From contig NC_073382.1 of NCBI RefSeq assembly GCF_028641065.1, positions 27,032,001-27,096,000 on the forward strand: a stretch of 64,000 nucleotides of DNA. The letters run 5' to 3'. Below the pieces are notes generated by a model. That model was given only the letters and a program-made list of their open reading frames with translations. It was not told the DNA's origin and did no database searches. The translations under genes were made by a program, and so were the position numbers. This document shows positions 34,609 through 45,626 of this stretch, in pieces. Position 1 is the first letter of the stretch. Each line of letters starts with the position of its first letter. This DNA is from Leucoraja erinacea. Taxonomy: Eukaryota.

Positions 34609-35384
34609 GACTCCAAACTAATGTTTAGTACAACTTAATCTTTAGGATTTGAGTTACATAAGCATGCATGCAAACCACTGACTATTAATAATTTATTTGC
34701 TTCACACTCCTAGCTTATCACTTCTTACACTAAGTAACAAGACTCATGACTTGGACTCCGATATTAGCCATATGAAAGAAGTGGCTAGATTCACTCTGAC
34801 AACCCTCAAATGCTGAGATTCATTTCCCTACTTTTAATCACACACGTCAAGCTGAACATTCCATCCTACAACCGTCTCCTCCAACACAACGCACATGGGA
34901 ATTGCCAGACTCTCGGCAACAACGATAAGTCCTTCATCCTGGGCTACCACCACTCTCAGCCCAACTCGGGGGAGCCTAATCAGCCCATGACAAAAAAAAT
35001 CCAAAGCTTTGTCACTTTTGACTGAAGTCTTCAAACACTATCACAAATAAATTCCAATCTACATCTGATGCAATCTCGAAGGGTGCAATTTTTTTTTTTG
35101 ACATTTCAAGATTATGAAAATGGTTTGGTAATACCTAAAAAAATGATAAGGAGTTTTAGCATAATCCTTTATTCAGAGAGTGAGGTTAAGAACTGTGGGA
35201 GATAGTTTGCATGGACCAATTGAACTTTGACTAATGAGTGTTTCATTCCGTTGCCATAAATTCTATGTAGTAACACAAGCCGCATTCATCAGACATGCGC
35301 ATGCAGTTAATTCAAACATAATTATTTTGATTGGTACATTTAACAAATGCTACCAGTTAATTGACTGCTTCTACACAACTTTAG

Positions 35385-37600
35385 TTCCCTCCCTACAATT
35401 TGAGAGGGAGAAGGGTAAATCGGAGGTGTAAGTATTACAGTTGAACAAAGGGGATTAAGGAGCCATGAGGGAGGAGCTGGCCAAAGTTGACTGGAAAGAT
35501 ACCCTAGCAAGGATGACATTGGAACAACAATGGCAGTTATTTCCAGGAAAAATACAGAAGGTGCAGGATCAGTTCATTCCAAAGAGGAAGAAAGATTCCA
35601 AGGGGAGTAAGGGGCGACCGTGGCTGACAAGGGAAGTCGGGGACAGTATAAAAATAAGGGAGAAGAAGTATAACATAGCAAAGATGAGCGGGAAGCCAGA
35701 GGATTATGCAACTTTTAAAGAGCAACAGAAGATAACTAAAAACGCAGAGAAAAGATGAGGTACGAAGGTAAGCTAGCCAAGAATATAAAGGAGGATAGTA
35801 AAAGCTTATTTAGGTATGTGAAGAGGAAAGAATTAGTTAAGACCAAAGTTGGACCCTTGAAGACCGAAAAGGGTGAATTTATTATGGGGAACAAGGAAAT
35901 GGCAGATGAGTTGAACAGGTACTTTGGATCCGTCTTCACTAAGGAGGACACAATCAATCTCCCTGATGTACTAGTGGTCAGAGCAACTAGGGTGCTGGAG
36001 GAACTGAAGGAAATTCACATTGGACGGGATATGGTTTTGGGTTGATTGGTGGGACTGAAGGCAGACAAATCCCCAAGGCCTGATGGTCTGCATCCCAGGG
36101 TACTTAATGAAATGGCTCTAGAAATTGTAGACGCATTGGTGATAATTTTCCAATATTCTACAGATTCAGGATCAGTTCCTGTGGATTGGATGGTAGCTAA
36201 TGTTATCCCGCTTTTTAAGAAATGCGGGAGAGAGAAAACAGGGAATTATAGACCAGTTAGCCTGGTGGTGGGGAAGATGCTGGTCCATTATCAAAGATGA
36301 AATAGCAGCACATTTGCCGTAGCAGGGTCAGTCCAAGTCAGCATGGATTTACGAAGGGGAAATCATGCTTGACTAATCTTCTGGAATTTTTTGAGGAAGT
36401 GACTAGGAAAATGCATGAGGGAGAACCAGTAGATGTGGTGTACCTGGACTTTCAGAAAGCATTTGATAAGGTCCCACATAGCAGATTAGTGGGCAAAATT
36501 AGGGCACATAGCATTGGGAGTAGAGTGCTGTCATGGATAGAAAATTGGTTGGCAGACAGGAAACAAAGAGTAGGGATTAACGGGTCCCTTTCAGTATGGC
36601 AGGCAATGACTAATGGGGACCGCGCATACTGGGACCGCAGCTATTTACAATATACAGTAATGATTTAGGTGAAGGGATTAAAAGTAACATTAGAAAATCA
36701 GCAAAGCTATGTGGCAGTGTGAACTGTGAAGAGGATGCTATGAGGGTGCAGGGTGACTTGGGCAGGATGGGTGAGTGGGCAGATGCAGTTCAATGTAGGT
36801 AAATGTGAGATTATCCACTTTGGTGGCAAAAACAGGAAGGCAGATTATTATCTAAATGGAGTTAAATTGGGAAAAGGGGAAGTACAACGGAATCTGGGAG
36901 TCCTCGTTCATCAGTCACTGAAAGTAAGTATTCAGGTATTGCAGGCAGTGAAAAAATCAAATGGCATGAAGGCCTTCATAACAAAAGGAGTTGAGTAGAG
37001 TAGCAAAGAGGTCCTTCTACAGTTGTATAGAGTCCTAGTGAGACCGCACCTGGAGTATAGTGTGCAGTTTTGCTCTCCCAATTTGAGGAAGGACATTCTT
37101 GCTAGTGAGGGAGTGCTGCGTAGGTTCACACGGTTAATTCCCGGGATGGCGGGACTGTCATATGCTGAGCGAATGGAGCGGGTGGCCTTGTATACTCAGG
37201 AATTTAGAAGGATGAGAGGATATCTTATTGAAACATACAAGATTATTAACGATTTCGACACGCTAGAGGCGGGAAACATGTTCCCGATGTTGGGGGAATC
37301 CAGAACCAGGGGCCAGTTTAAGAATAAGGGGTAAGTCATTTAGAACGGAGATGAGTAAAAACTTTTTCACACAGAGTTGTGAGTCTGTGGATTCCTCTGC
37401 CTCAGAGGGTGGTGGAGGCTGGTTCTCTGGATGCTTTCAAGAGAGAGCTAGACAGAGCTCTTAAAGATAGTGGAGTCAAGGGACATGGGGAGAAGGCAGG
37501 AACAGGTTACTGATTGTGGATGATCAGCCATGATCACATTGAATGGCGGTGCTGGTTCGAGGAGCCGAATGGCCTACTCCTGCACCTATTGTCTACTGTA
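35385..37600 (+). mobile_element. 5'-truncated CR1 LINE (ORF2 pseudogene)
   Basis: ORFs 35465-35758, 35755-36045, 36046-36300 (LKADKSPRPDGLHPRVL), 36369-36668 (YLDFQKAFDKVPH), 36753-36998, 37023-37334; 3' tail. Confidence 0.93.
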
Positions 37601-38271
37601 TATAGTTGAGTACTCTGCATCTCAAGAATAAGGACATCTTGGCAAGCAACTCTTATACATTAAAAACTCTCAAATTTAGGGTGCGCCAGTCTTGACAACT
37701 GTTGGTTAATCAAATCTGTTGGTTAATCAGAAGTTGTATTACCCAATACATTTTTTTTCATTGTAAACAATGTGTCGGTCTGTTGAGCATATGGATATAT
37801 GAAAGCTAAGGAGAAGTACATAACATCTTTGTCATTTACCAGCAGCATTAATATCACCACAGGCAGTTATTGTTATATACAGTGTACCTTCAATATTAAC
37901 TGGAAATGGTCAAAGGTATTTAGAGACTCCAGAAATTTGAGATTTTAGAGTGTGCCAGATCGTTGAACCAATTTTTTTCTGCAGTTTGCTGCACAGATAC
38001 ATACATTTCTGGACCAGAAAGCTGCGCCTATATAAATGGGATTATGGAATTTTTTCATCTCCTTTAAAATATTCTTTAAAACCTACGTTTTTAACCAAGT
38101 CAAGTCATCTGCTTTGCTGTTCTTTGCTGTGGTCTTTGACAAATACGAGAAATTGACAAGCAATTCATTACTTGGGACATGCAATATAAATGCAAAATGT
38201 AATTTGGTATAGAAATAAGCAAAAATATCTTACATATGCTCTCCTGCATTGAGTCAGGCCAGACCAGCATT

Positions 38272-38445
38272 GTAGCACAGTAGTTGTTGCTGCTGTCTCA
38301 GTACCACAAGAACTCGGGTTGATCCTCGACACAGGTTCAGTCCGCTGCAGTTTGCACATTCTCTTCATAACTATTTGGGCTTTCTCCAGGTGTTCTAATT
38401 TTCTCACACATCCCAAAAGATCTACTATTTGGTGAATTAACTGCT
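38272..38445 (+). mobile_element. V-SINE 5' part
   Basis: gtagcacagtagttgttgctgctgtctca...ctcgggttgatcct...tttgcacattctc...acatcccaaaaga. Confidence 0.6.
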
Positions 38446-38454
38446 ATCATGTAG

Positions 38455-38712
38455 ACTTTAGTGATACAGCGTGGACCACTGAGTCCACGACGACCAGCAA
38501 TCACCCCAACACACCAGGGATAATTTACAATGTTACCGATGCCCATTAACCTACAAATTTGTATGGCTTTGGAGTGAGGGAGGAAACTGGAGAACTTGGA
38601 GTGGTCACAGGGTGAACATAAAAATTTGTACAGTCAGCACCCGTAGTCAGGATCAAACCCAGGTCTCTGGCGCTGTTAAGCTACAACTCTACCGTTGTGC
38701 CATTGTGCCACT
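38455..38712 (-). mobile_element. V-SINE (HE1-like)
   Basis: gatacagcgtggaccactgagtccacgacgaccagcaatcacccc...gtagtcaggatcaaacccaggtctctggcgctg antisense. Confidence 0.78.
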
Positions 38713-38717
38713 CTATT

Positions 38718-39255
38718 TAGAAACATAGACACATAGAAAATAGGTGCAGGAGTAGGCCATTCAGCCCTTCAAGCCTGCACCGCCATTCAATATGATCATG
38801 GCTGATCATCCAACTCAGTATCCCATCCCTGCCTTCTCTCCATACCCCCTGATCCCTTTAGCCACAAGGGCCACATCTAACTCCCTCTTAAATATAGCCA
38901 ATGAACTGGCCTCAACTACCTTCTGTGGCAGAGAATTCCACAGATTCACCACTCTCTGTGTAAAAAATGATTTCCTCATCTCGGTCCTAAAAGACTCTCA
39001 TCCTTAAACTGTGACCCCTAGTTCTGGACTTCCCCAACATCGGGAATAATCTTCCTGCATCTAGCCTGTCCAACCTCTTAAGAATTTTGTAAGTTTCTAT
39101 AAGATCCCCCCTCAATCTTCTAAATTCTAGCGTGTACAAGCCGAGTCTATCCAGTCTTTCTTCATATGAAAGTCCTGACATCCCAGGAATCAGTCTGGTG
39201 AACCTTCTCTGTACTCCCTCTATTGCAAGAATGTCTTTCCTCAGATTAGGAGACC
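38718..39255 (-). mobile_element. CR1 LINE 3' fragment (young subfamily)
   Basis: ORF 38987-39181 SGLSYEERLDRLGLYTLEFRRLRGDLIETYKIL; (agaaacat)n tail. Confidence 0.92.
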
Positions 39256-40702
39256 TAGGTAAGTGGCAAATAGAATCAAAAGAGGAAGTTATTGAACATT
39301 ATGAGAGAGAGTGGATCGCACAATTATAGGGGCATAAAATGAGAGAAATGGGATGTGGGGTTGCTCTGCAAAGAGCTAGTATGGACCAAACGCCCTTCTG
39401 CATTGGTGTTAGTAATGTAATTTCACTAAGTATACTCAACACTGATTGTTTTAGATAGCAATGTTCCATTAAACTTTCCAAGAACAGCTACAGGGGCCGT
39501 TACTGGGTATTTTGGTAATAAAAAGCATTCTGAAACCCAAAGTGGTAGCTGGACTTAAGAAAATTGAAGGGGTAATTATTGCAATTTATTTTGATAATGT
39601 ATGACATGCTGAAAACATAAAAGACATAAAGCAAACTTTATGGTAGGTAACATTTAATGAAGTAGTCCCAATTTTTTTTGATGAACGTCATGCGTTAATT
39701 GACATCATTGAGGTCAATTAATTGGTACTGCTAAGTATCAATACGTTTATTTTTAATGTCTATATCATAGAAACATCAAAGTATGTTGAAAAATGAGAAT
39801 ATTCTTAAAAACCTGAGGCAAGAAATAATTATATTGATAATGCATTAACATATTTTAATACAGTTTGGTTTGTAGAAGCAGATGTCTCATTGTAAAAACA
39901 CTTTTTCTGATGCCTTTCAGAATTAATTTCAAGAAAGAGTTTTAAGTATGGGAATTGTTAGATAAGTATTGAAGGAGATTAAATGTGCAGTTTGTATTAA
40001 AAATTTCAAGCATATATTTTTCCGACCCTTTGTTTTTGGGCCAAATGCAGTCAAATAAAATCAATAATCATTTCTGATTTGAATATTAGTTTTGTACATC
40101 CAGCATTCAATAAACTGGTTCAGAAAATAATGTGACCAAATGGAGATAATTGAGATATTGGATTCGGGCTTTGTGCTTAATTATTGATTTGTTCAGGCAA
40201 TGTTATTCCCTTTCAAAAGCAGCTTTTAGATTCCATTTGACATGAAAATGAATTTTGTTCTTTTAATCTTGAAGCTGGAAATCAGAAATAAAAGAATATT
40301 TTGAGAAGATTTTGTTCTGAAATGTTGCCTTTATTTATCTCCCCACATACACTGCCTGACCTACAGAGTAATAGTAGCATTTTCTGATTTTATTACATAT
40401 TTTAAGCATTGCATATTGATGATGGCAGGAAAATTTAGGGTGGGTTGGAGGATACTATGGAAAGGCAAACAATAAATAACGTGATGGCTGTGCATTGTAT
40501 TCTGGTTATTTGTTACAGTTCTACTCTGCATTACACTTTGCCAGTATTTAAATATATTTCCGAATTATCTGTCCTCGTGCAGATACTGCGACCTTGCAGA
40601 TACTGCATTGTCTTGTAATCTTGGTCTGATCACATCTATGAAGGTTCTGGCGTTGTCACATTCCTCACATCCTCAATGCGCACCTGCACATGCTCTACAT
40701 TT

Positions 40703-41245
40703 AGGAAGGAACTGCAGATTCTGGTTTAAACCAAAGAAAGACACAAAAAGCTGCAGTAACTCAGCGGGACAGGCAGCATCTCTGAAGAAAAGGAATGGGT
40801 GATGTTTTGGGTCGAGACCCTTCTTCAGACTGGTTAGGGATAAGGGAAATGATATATATATATGGTGGTGTAGAGAGATAAAGAACAATGAATGAAAGAT
40901 ATGCAAAAAAGTAACAATGATAAGGGAAACAGGCCATTGTTAGCTGTTTGTGGGGTGAAGACGAGAAGCTAGTGTGACTTGGGTGGGGGAGGGATAGAGA
41001 GAGAGGGAATGCTGGGGCTACCTGAAGTTAGAGAAATCAATATTTATACCACTGGGCTGTAGGCTGCCCAAGCGAAATATGAAATGCTGTTCCTCCAATT
41101 TGCATGTAGCCTCACTGATAATGGAGGAGAACTGGCACAGAAAAGTCTGTGTGGGATTGGGAAGAAGAATGAAAGTGTTTAGCAACTGGGAGATCAGGTA
41201 GGTTCAGGCTGGCTGAGCAAAGGTGTCCAGCGAAATGATCGCCCT
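40703..41245 (-). mobile_element. Penelope-like element 3' end: GIY-YIG endonuclease C-terminus, 3' UTR and hammerhead-like repeat
   Basis: Reverse strand 41245-41018 reads GDHFAGHLCSASLNLPDLPVAKHFHSSSQSHTDFSV..LLH / EATCKLEEQHFIFRLGSLQPSGINIDFSNFR*; then gtctgaagaagggtctcgacccaaaacatcacc (40830-40798). Confidence 0.85.
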
Positions 41246-41350
41246 GGAACATACTCTATGCTCACCTCAGTCAGACGAAGGAAGGCATAGAATCAGAAAC
41301 AGGCAAGTAGTATCACATCCCTCTCCTCCACAAACACACATACAAATGCA

Positions 41351-42680
41351 CTCGTGAAGAGTATTAAGGTGAATAAATCCCAAATGCCTGATGGGATCTA
41401 CCCAGGTTATTGAGATAAGAAAGAGAGGAGATTGCAAGGGACTTGACCAAGATCTTTGTATCCACTCTAGTCACAGGCACCATCCTGGAGGTGTGGAGAG
41501 TGGCCATTGTTGGGAAGTGGAAGGGAAGTGGAGATAATCCAGGAAAGTACAGGTCCCTCATCAGCGGAAGCGAAGCTATTGGCCAGCATTCTTTGGGATT
41601 CCCCCATTTTGGACAGAGTTGACAAGTTTGGGGCAATCAGCGTAGCTTTGCTTGCAGCAGGTCATATCTTGCAAACTTGATTGAATTTTGTGAGGAGGTG
41701 ACAAAGATGATTGCTGAGGATAGGGCAGTGGATGTTGCCTATGTAGTAAAGCATTAGAAAAAAGTCCCTCATGACAGGCTGATCCAGAAGATAAGATGCA
41801 TAGGATCCACAGCGACTTGATCATTTGGGTTCCAAGCTGGCTTATTCATAGAAGGCAGAGCATTGTGGTGGAAGAGTGGTAATCTGGCTGGAGGTCTGTG
41901 GCCAGTGGAGTCTGCAGAGATCTGGGTTGGTACCTCTGTGATGTATATAAATTACTTGGATGAATACGTAGGCTTTGGAGATAATGTTGAAGAGGTTTCA
42001 TGGAATTCTGTCTAGATTAGAGGGTATTTAGCTATAAGGAGAGGTTAGACAAACTTGGATTGTTTTCTCTGGAGCATCAGAGGCTGAGGGGAGACATGGT
42101 AGAATTTATAAAAGTATGTGAGGCAATTATGAGAGGCATCCATAGGATAGATAGCCTGAACCTTTTCCCAGGGTGGAAATGTCAAAAACGAGATGGCATA
42201 AATTTAAGACAAGGGTGGCAAAGTTTAAAGGAGATGTGTGGGGAAGGGAGTCATGAGTGCCTGGAATGTGTTGTCAGAGATGGTGATAGGGCAGATAGGA
42301 TAATGACATGTAAGAGGCTTTGAAATGATGCATGCATATGCAGGGAATAAAGGGGAATTAATCATTTGCAGCCAGAGGATATTAGTTTGACGGTAGGAAA
42401 GAACTGCAGATGCTGATTTAAATTGAAGTGGACATAAAATGCTGGAATAACTCAGCGGGACAGGCAGCATCTCTGGAGAGAAGGAATGGGTGAAATTTTC
42501 GGGTCGAGACCCTCTTCCTCGCGTCTTGACCCGAATAGCCACCCATTCCTTATCTCCAGTGATGCTGCATGCCCCTGAGAGTTACTCCAGCATTTTGTGT
42601 CTACCTTTAGTTTAACTTGGCATATTTAGCACAGGCATTGTGGGTTGAAAGGTCTGTTCCTCTGCTGTATTGTTCTATAT
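41351..42680 (+). mobile_element. HER1-type CR1 fragment (degenerate RT), interrupted by Penelope palindrome
   Basis: gcctgatgggatctacccagg; caaacttgattgaattttgtgaggaggtgacaaag; ORF 42060-42323 FSLEHQRLRGDMVE; tail ggtctgttcctctgctgtattgttcta. Confidence 0.8.
42396..42606. mobile_element. Palindromic (head-to-head) Penelope repeat
   Basis: Arms ~42430-42509 and ~42523-42602 are imperfect reverse complements joined at the hammerhead stem-II region. Confidence 0.8.
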
Positions 42681-42802
42681 GTAAGAATACTAAACTCACA
42701 GTGTTGTATGTGTTTCATGTGTTCAGCTTCAAATCTTTGCTTGCTGCGGAAATGACAATACGCTGCAGACCGAAGATGGCTCTGCCGGGACAAGAGATTA
42801 CA

Positions 42803-43012
42803 CTTATACCAAGCCAATTAACCTACAAACCTGGAGGTCTTTGGTGTTCGTGGAAACAGAAGATCTCGGAGAAAAACCACGGGAAGAACGTACAAACTCC
42901 GTACAGACAGCACCCATAGTCATGATCGAACCCGGGTTTCTGGCGGGTTTAGGCTCTGGCGCTGCAAGCGCTGTAAGGCAGCAACTCTACCGTTGCACCA
43001 CCATGTTGCCCG
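42803..43012 (-). mobile_element. V-SINE (HE1-like), 5' two-thirds
   Basis: accaagccaattaacctacaaacc...gaacgtacaaactccgtacagacagcacccatagtcatgatcgaacccggg...ctgtaaggcagcaactctaccgttgcaccaccatgttgccc. Confidence 0.8.
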
Positions 43013-43917
43013 GTGAACTGTTAATGAACAATAGTGAAGTTCGAGTTGGCCATTTATTGCACAAACATTTATAGACGAATCTCATTTTTTTCTGGAGGTG
43101 GCAATGCAACTTAAAGCTATTCCATTAAGAAATTACATGTCTGATCAGCTGAAATATGCAAGTTTCTCATGCTATCTTGAGATCCCTTTTCATTTTGCCA
43201 AATTTATATTTGTCCCCTCACAAAATAGCAGTTGCCATGTCATATGGTCCAGTTTAAAGACTTTCCTCCTAATTATTTTCCTTCCTCATTCAGTTATTCC
43301 ACTATTGTACTTTGATATTTTTTGCACTACATTGGATTGCACAGCAATTTTGCACTAATTTGCTGTTTTGCACTCTTCATTGTATTTATTGTTGTATTTA
43401 TCATTAGGACAAGGACATTCATTGCATGTATTTATCATTGCTGTCTGTATACTATTTACTGTGAGCCTCATTTGAACAAGGACTTTCATCACATGTATTT
43501 ATCATTACTGAGTATACAATTTACTCTCTGAGCTTCATGTGAACAAGTTATAGAGTTGTAAAAAAATTCCTGCCATCAGTTGCGCTCAAGATCTGCCCAC
43601 TGCCTGTGCGTGTGACTCAAGAGGCTGTGGGGGGGGTTAGTAAAATGCAGGTTTTTATTGGTTGTCAGGGAGGGTTTCCTCTTAGGACAACCTTTCAGGA
43701 AATTTAGTTCTGTCATCCCATTCGCGATTTGTTTTTAAAAACGTTGCTTGACTATTGAATCGCTGGATGAAAGTTGGGCCCAACTTCAACGCCTTCAAAA
43801 TCACGGATCGCAAGTTCAGGACAAAACAAAAAGTATGTACTGTAGGACGTTTATTTAACATCTTATCTAGTTTTTGGTGTAATTTCATTTTAATCTGATG
43901 ATGCAAAATATGTTATT

Positions 43918-44077
43918 TAGAAACATAGAAACATAGAAAATAGGTGCAGGAGTAGGCCATTCGGCCCTTCGAGCCTGCACCGCCATTCAATTTGATCATG
44001 GCTGATCATTCAACTCAGTATCCTGTACCTGCCTTCTCTCCATACCCCCTGATCCCTTTAGCCACAAGGGCCACATC
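43918..44077 (-). repeat. CR1 3' terminus
   Basis: tagaaacatagaaacatagaaaataggtgcaggagtaggcc...gccacaagggccacatc. Confidence 0.9.
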
Positions 44078-44176
44078 ATGTTATATTTAGGCCCCGATAT
44101 CGGCCGTGTCTTGCCTGCCGGCTGTGAGTGTGAGCAAAATCATGGTGGCAGCCACAATCTGATCTCTGTATCATAC

Positions 44177-44464
44177 TCCACAAACGTCCACTCTCAAGAT
44201 AATCAAATTCATTATTTTTTGCACAATCATGTCATAAGAACATCTAAATTATCTATATTTTGTGTTATTATCTATCCATGATCAATATTTGCATACTAAA
44301 TATCTGACTAAAAACTTCCACAGTACATAGTTTTAGTCAGATATTTAGTCTGAAAATATTGATAATAGATAGACAATTACACAAATAGATAATGTATATG
44401 TTCTTATGACATGATTGTGCAAAAAATAACGATTTTGATTATCTTGAGAGTGGATGTGTGTGGA
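44177..44464. repeat. ~290-bp AT-rich palindrome
   Basis: Arms 44177-44316 and 44329-44464 are reverse complements (e.g. ccactctcaagataatcaaa / tttgattatcttgagagtgg; tgcacaatcatgtcataagaaca / tgttcttatgacatgattgtgca), 12-nt loop. Confidence 0.9.
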
Positions 44465-44921
44465 TTTTGAACACGTGTCTGTGTAAAACGGTTCTTGCCT
44501 GCTGCAGTGTTATAAATCAACAGAGTAAAATTTATGGGAATCAAACATTAAATTCCTTAGATTTGGCATAGACATTCATGACAAAGTGAGATTTAAAATC
44601 ATGTTATATTGTGAATTATTGCGTGAATGGGATCAGTTTGTTATTTGGATACTTTGGCTATTTAAAACAATACTTTTAGCCTTTTCGTAAGTATTGGATG
44701 GATGTTTAGATCCAGTAATTGAATTTAGATGAATTTAATTGATTTGATAACACTGATGAATATGAATTTTTTGTTGGGTATTTACTATTTGTTTTAACGT
44801 TTAACTTGTGTTAGGCATTTTGTTGAACAAAATCACTTCTACGTTTTTTTTTCTAAAACTGCAAATAAAAACTTGTTTCTACTTAATGCCTTTCAGTGGT
44901 TTTTTTCTTTACATTTTTCAG

Positions 44922-45293
44922 ATGCCTCCGACGAAAAAATGCAAAATTATCAATCCAAATACCTAGCCTGGCATAGCTAGAGCTCACCTTGAAGTGAATT
45001 TATCTGTCATGCCCAAGTCTAAAAGGGATCTTCAAAATGGACACATCTTGTACTTGTATACCTCGTTTGGAAAAAGTCAGTCTGAATGGGAAAGTAGTGG
45101 GCAGAAAAGCATGTGGTTTGAAGAGCAAAAACTTATAGTTTCCAATGACAATATTGAAAAGTTGAGGAAAAACATGATGTACAGAGTTGCTCATTGGTTC
45201 CAGTCTGAGGGTTATGATGATGCTACTGATTATGATATGCCAATGTACCAGCTAGCAGCTGATCTTTTCTATGAAGACTTGGTCTTTTGCTAG
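44922..45293 (+). pseudogene. Decayed ~123-codon ORF with Spin/Ssty (Tudor-like)-resembling C-terminus
   Basis: ATG at 44922 after acceptor-like ttttttctttacatttttcag; in-frame TAG at codon 15; C-terminus WFEEQKLIVSNDNIEKLRKNMMYRVAHWFQSEGYDDATDYDMPMYQLAADLFYEDLVFC. Confidence 0.45.
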
Positions 45294-45495
45294 AAATTAT
45301 AATGTCTTTACCTGTCTTTTACGGACTTACAGTATATAATACAATAATATTAAAGTTCAGATCTTGAGATCACATTTTTGAATTTTCAAAGCAGTCTGTG
45401 TGTTTATTACTATTTCTGTCATAACGGTTAATTTTGTAAATAGCTACTTAATTAAGTAATTAACTAATTATATACTTTAATTTCAGGTCATCCAA

Positions 45496-45626
45496 NNNNN
45501 NNNNNNNNNNNNNNNNNNNNNNNNNNNNNNNNNNNNNNNNNNNNNNNNNNNNNNNNNNNNNNNNNNNNNNNNNNNNNNNNNNNNNNNNNNNNNNNNNNNN
45601 NNNNNNNNNNNNNNNNNNNNNNNNNN
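45496..45626. other. Assembly gap (131 N)
   Basis: Run of N. Confidence 1.

Larger units (their letters stand above)
43551..45495. mobile_element. Unclassified putative DNA transposon; right end lost in gap
   Basis: Abrupt start TAGAGTTGT interrupting a Rex1-tail-like tract; contains a long palindrome and an orphan ORF; no TSD or second TIR verified. Confidence 0.35.
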
